This document shows positions 53,863 through 63,520 of a stretch of 64,000 nt of DNA, in pieces. This DNA is from an uncultured Verrucomicrobiae bacterium (GTDB taxonomy: Bacteria; Verrucomicrobiota; Verrucomicrobiia; Limisphaerales; UBA11358). Location of the stretch: the NCBI GenBank assembly GCA_963797825.1, contig CAWCRR010000047.1, positions 108,060-172,059 of the forward strand. Direction: 5' to 3'. A model generated the notes under the pieces. That model had not been told where the DNA came from and made no database searches. It saw only the letters and a list, made by a program, of their open reading frames with translations. Position 1 is the stretch's first letter. Each line of letters begins with the position of its first letter. Both the position numbers and the translations under genes were made by a program.

Positions 53863-55917
53863 ATGTTGCCTCTTTTACGCTTTATCCTGATAGCCAGTAT
53901 CTTCTTGTCCTGCTTCCTCAAAGGCCTGGCCGGCGAGCCAGGAACGCAAATCCTTCCTGAGTCCGCCCTCGCAACCCATTATTTCGGCAATGATGCTCCG
54001 TGGTATGAACAGAACATCCCCTTCTTCGACTGCTCCGATCCGCAGATCAACCAGATCTATTATTATCGGTGGCAACTGTATAAGGCGCATCTCAAGGACA
54101 TCGGCCAGAAGGGTTACATCGTCACCGAATTCCTGGATAACGTCGGGTGGGCGGCCCGTCCGTATCAAAACCTCAACGATGCCACCGCCTTTCATATCAA
54201 TGAAGGCCGTTGGTTGAAGGACCAGAGCTACATCGATGATTACATCGATTTCATGTATGCCGGTGGGAACGACCGCCATTTCAGCGAAGCCATTGCCGCA
54301 GCCACCTATGGCAGTTATCTGGCAAGCGGAGACCGGGATTTCGCCATAAAAAATTTGGACTCGATGAAACGCATCTACCAGGCATGGTCGGACCATTATG
54401 ATGCGTCCAAAGGGCTTTACTACATCCAACCCATCGCGGACGCCACGGAATACTCCATCGCTTCAATCGATGCCAGCGGCGGCAAAGATGGTTTTTTTCA
54501 CGGCGACGCCTTTCGCCCCACCATCAATAGCTTCATGTTCGCCAATGCGTTGTCGATCAGCCGTCTGGCCGCCCTCGCGGGTGATGCCAACACCGCAGCC
54601 ACCTATGCCGCAAATGCCGAAGCGATCCGGGATGACGTGGAAACGAATCTTTGGAATGACCATTTGCAACACTTCGTTGATCGGTATAAAGCGGACAACC
54701 AATTCGTTCATTATTGGGATTTTATCCGTGGCCGCGAGCTGGCCGGTTATGTGCCCTGGGCCTTTGAACTGCCTGACCGGGATCCCAAATACAACGCTGC
54801 CTGGACCTGCCTCCTTTCAACGAATGAATTTGCCGGCCCCTATGGATTGCGTACGGTGGGGCCAGACTACCAATATTATATGCGTCAATACCGCTACGCC
54901 TACGCCAATGGAAAAAAAATGCCCGAATGCCAATGGAATGGCCCTTCCTGGCCCTTCGACACCACGCTCGTGCTCGACGCCATGGCCAATCTCTTGAACG
55001 ACTATACCCAGAACGTGGTGAATGCCGCGGATTACGTTGGCCTTCTGAAACAATATACCCGCCAGCATTATTTAAATGGCCAGCCTGATGTGGAGGAAGA
55101 TTACAATCCGGATACCGGCAAGATCATCGTCGGGTTGCCTCGAAGCAACCATTACAATCATTCGGATTATAACGACCTGATCATCACCGGGCTTGCCGGT
55201 TTGCGGCCACGCGCAGACGATACTCTTGAGATCAACCCGCTCATACCCGCCGATCCCGATTCGACAAACTCCCTCGATTATTTTTGCTTGGAAAACGTCT
55301 CCTATCACGGACACCGGGTCACAATTCTTTACGACAAAGATGGCAGCCATTACAGAAAAGGCGCCGGTCTTTCAGTCTATGTGGATGGAAGCCTGGCATT
55401 ACCACCATCGGCATTGGGAAAAAAAACCATCACAATCCCCGCGCCGGTGATCCGCACCGATTCGCATCCCATTGACCTGGCGGTGAACTGCGCCGGGCAG
55501 GGTTTCCCCAAGCCTTCTGCTTCCACCAACAACTTTCCGAACGAACTCTTCCAGGCCATAGATGGACGCGTCTGGTTTTTCCCCAACGTGAGAAATTACT
55601 GGTCGAATATGGGGTCGCAATCGGATGAAGACTGGTACAGTTTGGATTTTGGCGCCCCTGCGCAATTCAGTTCCGTTCAATTGTACTTCTACTCGGATGG
55701 GACCCGATTTGAAGCGCCGAAAAAATATATCATCCAATACTGGCAGGATGGGAACTGGAAGAATGTTTCCGACCTCCACATGATTCCCAAAAAGCCGCTG
55801 GCCAACGGCGAGAACACCGCCAGCTTTCGGCCAGTGGACTCCCCGCAACTGCGGATTCGGTTCATCAATCCCCGGCCAGCCGCGATGGCTCTGGTGGAGA
55901 TCAAGGCGTTTCGTTGA
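53863..55917 (+). CDS. Secreted (alpha/alpha)6-barrel glycoside hydrolase (GH63/MGH1-like) with a C-terminal discoidin (F5/8 type C) domain
   Basis: 684 aa with a signal peptide. ...YYYRWQLYKAHL..., ...PECQWNGPSWPFDTTLVLDAM... The C-terminus ...AIDGRVWFFPN...WYSLDFGAPAQFSSVQLYFYSDG...YIIQYWQDGNWKNV is discoidin-like. Confidence 0.7.
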   Translation: MLPLLRFILIASIFLSCFLKGLAGEPGTQILPESALATHYFGNDAPWYEQNIPFFDCSDPQINQIYYYRWQLYKAHLKDIGQKGYIVTEFLDNVGWAARPYQNLNDATAFHINEGRWLKDQSYIDDYIDFMYAGGNDRHFSEAIAAATYGSYLASGDRDFAIKNLDSMKRIYQAWSDHYDASKGLYYIQPIADATEYSIASIDASGGKDGFFHGDAFRPTINSFMFANALSISRLAALAGDANTAATYAANAEAIRDDVETNLWNDHLQHFVDRYKADNQFVHYWDFIRGRELAGYVPWAFELPDRDPKYNAAWTCLLSTNEFAGPYGLRTVGPDYQYYMRQYRYAYANGKKMPECQWNGPSWPFDTTLVLDAMANLLNDYTQNVVNAADYVGLLKQYTRQHYLNGQPDVEEDYNPDTGKIIVGLPRSNHYNHSDYNDLIITGLAGLRPRADDTLEINPLIPADPDSTNSLDYFCLENVSYHGHRVTILYDKDGSHYRKGAGLSVYVDGSLALPPSALGKKTITIPAPVIRTDSHPIDLAVNCAGQGFPKPSASTNNFPNELFQAIDGRVWFFPNVRNYWSNMGSQSDEDWYSLDFGAPAQFSSVQLYFYSDGTRFEAPKKYIIQYWQDGNWKNVSDLHMIPKKPLANGENTASFRPVDSPQLRIRFINPRPAAMALVEIKAFR

Positions 55918-55949
55918 TATCTCGCTCAAAATCAGGACCGCCCCGCCTG

Positions 55950-56063
55950 ATGAAAATCCAAGTGGGTCAAATTCTGCATCCGAGTCCGGCCAGCCCGGCG
56001 GCCAATCGCGGCTGGGCGGAGGCGGCGATGAAACAATTGGTCAGCCTGGGGATTTGGAAGTAA
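55950..56063 (+). pseudogene. Displaced duplicate of the UDG 3' end that retains the native stop codon
   Basis: It reads MKIQVGQILHPSPASPAANRGWAEAAMKQLVSLGIWK* and contains repeat copy 2 (55952..56060) followed directly by TAA. Confidence 0.85.
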
Positions 56064-56255
56064 AACGGAAAAATTAGATTGACAAATTTTAGTTATTTGT
56101 AATTCTTAATTTCACAGAATTCGAAAAGGAAATCCAAATATAGAAAAGTGTCTGAGTTCGCTCAAGTTGCCAGTCTCCGGTTTTTTCGTGCCTCGGCACG
56201 AGAAAAATCGCATTTGTCAGGTACAACTATCACTCCAATACAGCAGAAGAAAATC

Positions 56256-59200
56256 ATGCGATCAACTATGAAAAACACCCTGGTGGTTCTAGTGTGGTTA
56301 TTTGCGATCGTCACGCAAGCGGCCACCTTCACCGTAACCCCAAACGTCGTAAGCAACAATTTCACCGGCCGCGTGGTCTTCCAGATGACGGGCCTGGCTT
56401 CCGGCGATAGCGTGCTGGTGCAGGAATTTTTCGATGCCAACAACAACGGCGTGGTGGATGCCGGCGATTTCGCCGTGCGCAGCGACTGGGTCACCGATGG
56501 CCGGATGAGCCTGCTGGCGGGGGCAACTAATCTGGACGTAGTGCATGACGAGGATGGCGCGACCAACGGCGCGATCACCGCGTCCTTCCGATTCCCCACG
56601 ACCCCCGACCTTGCCCGCACACTCGGTCAATACATTTTTCGTTTCAGCAGCCCGTCCAACCATTTCACCCCGTCCAACGCCGTCTTTACCGTGGCCAGTC
56701 CAACTTACGCCCAAAGCATCCAGGGAGTTGTCACCAGCAGCGGCACGAACGTCCCCAACGCGTTCATTGCTTTGCTCGATCCCGCGGCAGTCGAAGGAAC
56801 GCCGGCGATCATCCGAAATGTCGCTGACGCAACCGGCCATTACTCCATCCCCGCACCCTCGGGCACGTATCAAGTCACCGCTACCCGACCGGGCTACGTT
56901 GGCGACCCATCAGTGTTTCCGATTGTAACCCTGTCGCCGAATGTGACGATCACCACCAATTTAAGTCTCATTCCGGCCAATTGCACTATCTCCGGGTACC
57001 TGGCGGACAGTACCAACGCTGCTTTGAAAATCCTCCCTGGCGCGCAACTCCTGGCATTTTCCACCAATTCCCTCTTCACCATCGCGGTTGCCGACACCAA
57101 TGGCAACTTCTCGATTCCTGTCACAACTAATAATATTTGGACGATCCGGCCGTACGCGCAAAGCGCCATTTCACAGGCTTACCTGCCGCTGGACCCGGGC
57201 TTTGAGAGCCAGTATAACACTTCCTCCGGCTCTCTCGGCGCCTACATCTTCCTCGAACACGCCACCGCCATGCTCTACGGAACCGTCCAGGACAATCATG
57301 GAAACCCGATTGCGGGGGTCGGCCTTGCCGCTAACGTCATTACTCCATACGACTCTTATGGTTTCTCGGACACCAACGGCGCTTACACGATGGTAACCGA
57401 TCAAGGCGGAGGATTCATCAATGTGGAAAACACGGGAATCGCACCCGCGAACAGCTACCTCTTTGGCGGCACTGGTTTCAGCATCAATAGCGGACAGGCG
57501 ACGTCTTTAAACATCATTGGCTACCTTGCCACCGCACGATTTCGCTCGCATGTGATAGACGATTCCGGCGCGCCGGTGACCAATATGTTCGCTTTTGCCA
57601 ACAATTCTGAAACCGGCGTCACGACATTCGGCAACACCGGGACCAGCGGCTTCCTGGATATGCCCGTCTTCGCCGGCACCTGGACCCTGGAAGTTGGCGA
57701 GTATTTTCTCGTTTTCCCGGATATGACTCCATTCACCATCGTTGATGGAGTCAACCTGACCAATGATATCGTCGCTCACAGGGTCACAGGCAGCATTTCC
57801 GGCTATGTTCTCGGCACGAACGGCATCGGCATCCCCAACCTCCGGATCACAATCACTAACAGCATTGGCACCACCAATTTCACTCTTTCCAGGCAAACCG
57901 CCGCGGATGGCTCCTACTTCGTGCCGGTCTTCAACGGCACCTGGAATGTCAGTGTGGATCCTGACTATTTGAACTCAGCGGGTTATTATCCTGTCAACCC
58001 CGTTGATGTCCCCGTGCCACCGGCCCTTGCCGAGGCAGATTTCACAGCCACAAATCTGCCACCGATACCGCCGCCACAAATCCTTACCACGAACCTCCCC
58101 GACGGAAGTATCAGTAATTCCTATTTCACCCAAATAACAGTCATCAATGGCTCCGGTGCCTTCGTTTGGTCGGTGACATCCGGCGCCCTGCCAGGCGGGC
58201 TAAACCTGGACAATTTCGGCGATATTTATGGCGACCCAACCAATATCGGCCTGTTCACTTTTGCCGTGCAGGTGACGGATTGGCGCGGAAGCAATGACAT
58301 GCAGGTCTTGTCCATCAATGTTCTGGCGACGCCGCCGGGTCCATTGCAAATCTCCGCCATCACAATCCCAACCTTGGCGGTGGGTTGCCCTTACACCAAC
58401 CAACTTCAGGCCACCGGCGGCTCGCCTCCGTATTCCTGGACGCTGGCTCCGGATTCAAACCCGCTGCCCGACGGCTTGACCCTCGACACCAACGGCCTGC
58501 TCTCGGGAATCCCGACTGCCTCCAGCTATTTTTATCCGGTCGTCCAGGTCAGCGATTCTCTTGGAGCGGTGACAAATGAACAGGTGTCGATCTCGGTAAA
58601 CACTGAGTTGCAAACTTATTCGGCGCCCATGCCGGCCGGTTGGGTGGGTTGGAGTTACTACGGTTATCCGCCGGTGAGTGGCGGCGCGCAGTCGCAAACC
58701 TGGACCATCGTTTCCAACTCATTGCCACCCGGCCTGACCAATGACCCCGTGAACGGTGTGATCTCGGGCGTGCCCACGACGAATGGAGTTTTCAATTTCA
58801 CCCTCGAGATCAATGACGGTTGCACCATCGCCGACCTGGATCTCACCATCACGAATTATCCCGCGCCGCTGCAAATCACCACCACGTCGCTGCCGTACCC
58901 GACGGTGGGCTGTCCTTACACGAATCAGCTCCAAGCTCTTGGCGGCACGCCTCCGTATTCATGGGCGTTATCGCCTGATTCCGCTCCGTTGCCGGACGGA
59001 TTGAATTTCGATACGAATGGCGTGATTTCGGGCATCCCGGCAACGGCAGGCTTTTTTTACCCGACCTTCCAAATCGGCGATTCAGACGAATCGGTCACTA
59101 ACGAAGAGCTATATATCTCGGTGAATTCGGCGCTCATGGTTACTTCCTCGCCATTACCCCCGGGCGAGGTGGGTTTGAATTATTATGGCTATCCGCCCAT

Positions 59201-59855
59201 CAATGGAGGAAGCCAGACACAAACGTGGACCGTCGTTTCCAATTCGTTGCCGCCGGGCCTGACCAATGACCCCGCCAGCGGCGTGATCTCGGGGATACCC
59301 ACCACGGATGGCATTTACAACTTTACCCTCGAGGTGAACGACGGTTGCTCTATCGCCGACATTCCTCTCAGCGTCACGAATTATCCCGCGCTGCAGATCT
59401 CCGCCGCGAGTCTGCCGATTGCCCGGCCCAACGTCCCTTACACCGCCCAACTTTTGGAAACGGGAGGAATCCCGCCCGTTTATTGGTACACTTCCGATTC
59501 GCTGGGCGAATTGATCCTTAACTCCGATGGGTCGATCACCGGGACGCCCCTGGAATCAGGAAGCTATAATTTTCTGGCGCAGGTTTATGATGACTACGGA
59601 GGCTACGCCACAAACAACTTTGTGCTCGTCGTCTCGTCCCAACCCATGCTGGACCTGCCGAGGCATTCGGGGCAGCACCAATTCACTTTCCGTATCACGG
59701 GCGTTTCCGGCCAAAGCTATACGGTTCAGTTTGCGAACAAACTGACGAATTGGGCCGACCTCCTCACCACCAATGCGCCCGCCGACGTGTTCTTCCTCAC
59801 GGACACGAATGCCACCAACCAGAGCCGCTTTTATCAATTGAAAGTAAATCCTTAA
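56256..59855 (+). CDS. Giant secreted protein with CarboxypepD_reg-like and He_PIG (putative Ig) domains and the FYR-type C-terminal module
   Basis: From the ATG at 56256: signal peptide MRSTMKNTLVVLVWLFAIVTQAA. He_PIG units such as LAVGCPYTNQLQATGGSPPYSWTLAPDSNPLPDGLTLDTNGLLSGIPT. A 525-nt internal tandem duplication (58341..58865 / 58866..59387). It ends ...LTNWADLLTTN...QSRFYQLKVNP. Confidence 0.75.
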   Translation: MRSTMKNTLVVLVWLFAIVTQAATFTVTPNVVSNNFTGRVVFQMTGLASGDSVLVQEFFDANNNGVVDAGDFAVRSDWVTDGRMSLLAGATNLDVVHDEDGATNGAITASFRFPTTPDLARTLGQYIFRFSSPSNHFTPSNAVFTVASPTYAQSIQGVVTSSGTNVPNAFIALLDPAAVEGTPAIIRNVADATGHYSIPAPSGTYQVTATRPGYVGDPSVFPIVTLSPNVTITTNLSLIPANCTISGYLADSTNAALKILPGAQLLAFSTNSLFTIAVADTNGNFSIPVTTNNIWTIRPYAQSAISQAYLPLDPGFESQYNTSSGSLGAYIFLEHATAMLYGTVQDNHGNPIAGVGLAANVITPYDSYGFSDTNGAYTMVTDQGGGFINVENTGIAPANSYLFGGTGFSINSGQATSLNIIGYLATARFRSHVIDDSGAPVTNMFAFANNSETGVTTFGNTGTSGFLDMPVFAGTWTLEVGEYFLVFPDMTPFTIVDGVNLTNDIVAHRVTGSISGYVLGTNGIGIPNLRITITNSIGTTNFTLSRQTAADGSYFVPVFNGTWNVSVDPDYLNSAGYYPVNPVDVPVPPALAEADFTATNLPPIPPPQILTTNLPDGSISNSYFTQITVINGSGAFVWSVTSGALPGGLNLDNFGDIYGDPTNIGLFTFAVQVTDWRGSNDMQVLSINVLATPPGPLQISAITIPTLAVGCPYTNQLQATGGSPPYSWTLAPDSNPLPDGLTLDTNGLLSGIPTASSYFYPVVQVSDSLGAVTNEQVSISVNTELQTYSAPMPAGWVGWSYYGYPPVSGGAQSQTWTIVSNSLPPGLTNDPVNGVISGVPTTNGVFNFTLEINDGCTIADLDLTITNYPAPLQITTTSLPYPTVGCPYTNQLQALGGTPPYSWALSPDSAPLPDGLNFDTNGVISGIPATAGFFYPTFQIGDSDESVTNEELYISVNSALMVTSSPLPPGEVGLNYYGYPPINGGSQTQTWTVVSNSLPPGLTNDPASGVISGIPTTDGIYNFTLEVNDGCSIADIPLSVTNYPALQISAASLPIARPNVPYTAQLLETGGIPPVYWYTSDSLGELILNSDGSITGTPLESGSYNFLAQVYDDYGGYATNNFVLVVSSQPMLDLPRHSGQHQFTFRITGVSGQSYTVQFANKLTNWADLLTTNAPADVFFLTDTNATNQSRFYQLKVNP

Positions 59856-59872
59856 AGCGCCGGGCGAACAGA

Positions 59873-62800
59873 CTAACCTCCGGCCTCCGACCGGGGCGAC
59901 TGCCTCGCCGGCACAGGCAGTTCCAACACAAAGGTTGCGCCGCGGCCGGGACCTTCGCTCAAAACAGTCAGCGATCCGCCTAGGTCCTTGGCGGCCAGCG
60001 CGCCGCTATGCAGTCCAAATCCGTGCCCGTCCTTCCGCGTCGTGAATCCATGCGAGAAAATTCGCGTCAGATTCTCGGCCGGAATCCCCACGCCGTTGTC
60101 CGCCACCTCGATGCGCAATTTGCCGGGGCCGGCCAGGCGGATGCGGACGACGACTTTTCGCGCATGGGGCGGGTTGCCTTCGCAGGCCTGGTTCGCATTT
60201 TGCATGAGATTCACGAGAATCTGGATGACTTTATGCCTGTCCAGCGGAATGGGGGGGACGGCGGCGAACTCTCGCATGAGCCGCACGGAATGCCGCCCGT
60301 AAGCGTCTTGATTGAGGCGAATCGCCTGCTCGACCAGTTCAGCCGGCTGGACGGTTTCTGAAACGCCGATCATCCTGGCGTGTGATTGCTGGCTGGCAAC
60401 GATCCCCTTGATATGTTCCATGTTGGCCGCCAGTTCCCTGATTTCAACGAGCAAACTCGCTTGTTCCGTGCCTAAATGCCGGGCCAGTTGTTCCAGGTAT
60501 CGCGGCAGTTGCCGTCCCCGTTGATCTTCGGCAAGGAATTTTCCCAGATCGCCGGCGTTTGCCTGCAGGAGTTGCGCGGCTTTGGCCAGATTGGAAATTT
60601 CCAGCCTTCGAAGCCGCGCGGAAATCAGGCCGGTCGAAACACTGGCGCTGTTGAGAACATTGCCGATGTTATGCAACACGCTCGTGGCCACTTCCGCCAT
60701 GCCGGCCATGTGCGAAGCCTCCACGAGTTGCCGGTGCAGGGTTTCCGACTCTGCCTCCCATTTCTTGCGGTCCGAAATATCGCGGTTGATTCCCGCCAGG
60801 CCGGTGATCTTTCCCGAGCCGTCGCGCAACGGTACCTTGGTCGTCCGCAGCCAGCGGGCCTCACCCGTGCGGACGTCCACAATGGCTTCCTCCGCATTGT
60901 ATTCCGTTCCCTGCGCGATCAATTCCTGTTCGGCGGAAAACAGTTTTTCAGCCTCCGCTTTCGGCAGGCAATCAAGGTCCGTCTTGCCGACCGCTTCGGA
61001 CGGATTGTCAAAACCTAGCAATTGCGCGTGGGCAACATTGTCAATCAAGACACGGCTTTGGCGGTCTTTGATAAAAATGCCGTCGGGCAAATGATCAATG
61101 AGCGTGCGCAGCAAATTGCGCTGCTCGGCCAATTCGCCCGTCCGCTTCTCGACTTTCTTCTCCAACAACTCGTTGGCCTGTTGCAAATCCCATTGCTTCC
61201 TCGCCAGGCGCCGGACCCGCCAGCCATATCCGCCAAGGATCACCGCCACCCCCGCCAGGCAGGCCGCGGCGCGGAACCACCCCGTTTGATAAAAATGCGG
61301 CGGCAAAATAATTTCAAACCGGTCGGCCGCCGTGCTCCACATGCCATCCGCATTGCGAGCCTGCACGGCAAAACGGTAATGCCCCGGTTTTAAGTTCGCG
61401 TAAAAAACCGACCGCCGGTTGCCCCCGTCAATCCATTCGGAATCATAACCCTCCAGCCGATAGCGGAACGTGACTTTTTGCGGTTCGATGTAGCTAAGCC
61501 CGGTGTATTGCACAACCAGTTCATCCCGGCCCGGCCGGGCGCGCTTCGCATCCGGACCGGTTTGCTCCGTGCCGTTGACCAGGACATGTTCAATATGCAC
61601 CGGAGGGGGCACCACATTGCTCGCGATCTTTGCCGGATCAATCACTACCGCCCCCGACGGTGTTGGAAACCAGATCCGTCCGTCAGCAGTCTTGCAACCG
61701 TTAAACTCTACCGCGACCGTTTCAATTGATTTTACGGATTCCAGGCCGCTATAGGACACGCAGTCCACCCGGTTGGTTTTGCCATCGGCGAAATCGTCCA
61801 GACTCCGCCGGCTCGCTCGAATAAAACCATGGCTCGTCTGCATCCAGAGATTGCCGTGATCGTCCGGAACGATGGCACAGATGATATTGTCGGCCAGACC
61901 GTCCTTCTGGCCGATATTGCGAACCTGTCCATTCCTGATGCGCGCCAGGCCGGTTTTCAGGCCGGCCCAGATAGTGCCGTCGCTGTCGGCGCAAACGTAC
62001 TGCACGTCAAAATCCGATAGCCCTTCGCCCACGGACCAATGCTCAAATATGCCGTCCTTGATTTTGAAGACTCCATCCACGGTGGCGGCCAGGAGCGAGC
62101 CATCGGCGCAGCCAAAAAGGTTTCGCACCCAGTCCAATTTGGGGACTTTTCCGTCACGAAAAGCGTACGGACTGAATTCCGTGCGGCCCACCCGATACAA
62201 TTCACCTCCCAAAGCCACTACCACGCCTTGGTCATCTTCGGCGAACGCAATCGGCCAACTGCTGCAGCCGTAGCGCGCCACAATCCTGCCGTGGGACAAG
62301 ATACCTACTTCCCGGTTGGTGTCGGCGCGATTGGCATTGATGAAATAGAGATCGCCGTTTTCAGCTTCGAACACCCGCTTGACGTATGAGTTGGTGAGAC
62401 CGATGTCGCTTGAATAATTGATAAATTTTTTACCGTCAAACAGGGATATTCCCCTGCTTGTGGCCGTCCAAATCCCGCCATTGGCGGAGGCGCATAGACC
62501 ATGACATGATCCGTCCACCATGCCCTCGGCGCTCGTGTAAATCGGGAATTTTACGTCGCTAAGCTGGCTCAAGCCATCCAAAGTCCCTATCCAGATACTG
62601 CCTTCGTTGTCCTCCAACAGCGACGTAATGGAATCATTGGCCAACCCGTCGTTATGCCTGAAATACTGGGCCTGGCCTTCCCAATAACGAATCAATCCGT
62701 CCCCGGCTGTGCCAATCCACACCACTCCGCGCCGGTCCACGAGCAGGGCTTTGACATCCGTCGAGGTTTGCACAAGGTCGTGGCGCACGAAATTCGAATC

Positions 62801-63520
62801 GTAGCATTGGACACCAGCCTGCGTGCCCACCCAAAGGCGTTGGTGCCCGTCAACGGCCACGGCGAAGATGGCTTTTTCCTGAAGCGATGAGTCCGGAAAT
62901 GCCTTGATTTGACCATTTTGCCAGTAAAATAACCCGTGATCGGCCGTGCCAATCCAGGTGCGATGTTGGGAATCTTCGTAGATTGCGGAGGCCCCGTTCA
63001 ATTGCGGAAAAAAACTGCTGCCATTGGTGCTTTCTCCACCGCACCGTCCTGTGCCACTCCCTGCTCCCACCCATAACCAGCCGTCACGGCCTTTTAAGAT
63101 CGCCCCCACACCCATCGCCGGATCCACCCAACGATGCTGGTCCATCGGATGGAACCCCTGGCCATCGTATAATCCAAATGAACCGCCTTCTATTCCAAAC
63201 CACAGTCCTCCGTCTTCCCCGGCGGCGAGATGAATAATCGCCCCCTGGCGGAACTGCGGCAAATTGGGCACATTTATATGTTCAAAGCTGATTCCATCGA
63301 AACGGATCAATCCCGTTTGCATTCCCAACCAGAGATAACCATCACTGGTTTGGGCGATGTCTCGGACGGCATTGTCGGGCAGATCGGCCTGCCGTGTCCA
63401 AGTCCGGCAATTATACTGAAAGATGCTTCGTGAAGGGTCCAAGGCATGTAGCCGCAGGACCCATGGAAATAATCCCAACCATGTGCCTACGATAAACACG
63501 CACAAATGTTTCAGTTTCAC
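59873..63520 (-). CDS. Sensor histidine kinase with periplasmic two-component-regulator propeller and Y_Y_Y domains, a TM segment, a PAS domain and a kinase core
   Basis: 1215 aa. Propeller repeats (...DGYLWLGMQTGLIRFDG...), Y_Y_Y block (VTFRYRLEGYDSEW...PGHYRFAVQA), TM (FRAAACLAGVAVILGGYGW), PAS, H-box region MAGMAEVATSVLHNIGNVLNS, and an ATPase with DNGVGI and GFGLHS. Confidence 0.85.
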   Translation of the reverse strand: MKLKHLCVFIVGTWLGLFPWVLRLHALDPSRSIFQYNCRTWTRQADLPDNAVRDIAQTSDGYLWLGMQTGLIRFDGISFEHINVPNLPQFRQGAIIHLAAGEDGGLWFGIEGGSFGLYDGQGFHPMDQHRWVDPAMGVGAILKGRDGWLWVGAGSGTGRCGGESTNGSSFFPQLNGASAIYEDSQHRTWIGTADHGLFYWQNGQIKAFPDSSLQEKAIFAVAVDGHQRLWVGTQAGVQCYDSNFVRHDLVQTSTDVKALLVDRRGVVWIGTAGDGLIRYWEGQAQYFRHNDGLANDSITSLLEDNEGSIWIGTLDGLSQLSDVKFPIYTSAEGMVDGSCHGLCASANGGIWTATSRGISLFDGKKFINYSSDIGLTNSYVKRVFEAENGDLYFINANRADTNREVGILSHGRIVARYGCSSWPIAFAEDDQGVVVALGGELYRVGRTEFSPYAFRDGKVPKLDWVRNLFGCADGSLLAATVDGVFKIKDGIFEHWSVGEGLSDFDVQYVCADSDGTIWAGLKTGLARIRNGQVRNIGQKDGLADNIICAIVPDDHGNLWMQTSHGFIRASRRSLDDFADGKTNRVDCVSYSGLESVKSIETVAVEFNGCKTADGRIWFPTPSGAVVIDPAKIASNVVPPPVHIEHVLVNGTEQTGPDAKRARPGRDELVVQYTGLSYIEPQKVTFRYRLEGYDSEWIDGGNRRSVFYANLKPGHYRFAVQARNADGMWSTAADRFEIILPPHFYQTGWFRAAACLAGVAVILGGYGWRVRRLARKQWDLQQANELLEKKVEKRTGELAEQRNLLRTLIDHLPDGIFIKDRQSRVLIDNVAHAQLLGFDNPSEAVGKTDLDCLPKAEAEKLFSAEQELIAQGTEYNAEEAIVDVRTGEARWLRTTKVPLRDGSGKITGLAGINRDISDRKKWEAESETLHRQLVEASHMAGMAEVATSVLHNIGNVLNSASVSTGLISARLRRLEISNLAKAAQLLQANAGDLGKFLAEDQRGRQLPRYLEQLARHLGTEQASLLVEIRELAANMEHIKGIVASQQSHARMIGVSETVQPAELVEQAIRLNQDAYGRHSVRLMREFAAVPPIPLDRHKVIQILVNLMQNANQACEGNPPHARKVVVRIRLAGPGKLRIEVADNGVGIPAENLTRIFSHGFTTRKDGHGFGLHSGALAAKDLGGSLTVLSEGPGRGATFVLELPVPARQSPRSEAGG

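Noticed and set aside
56176-56205. Hairpin cgtgcc-tc-ggcacg flanked by T and A runs, considered as a terminator after the duplicated UDG end
   Set aside because: The T-run precedes the stem and the A-run follows it on the plus strand. On the minus strand the order is likewise A-run after the stem. Neither orientation therefore has the U-tract of an intrinsic terminator.
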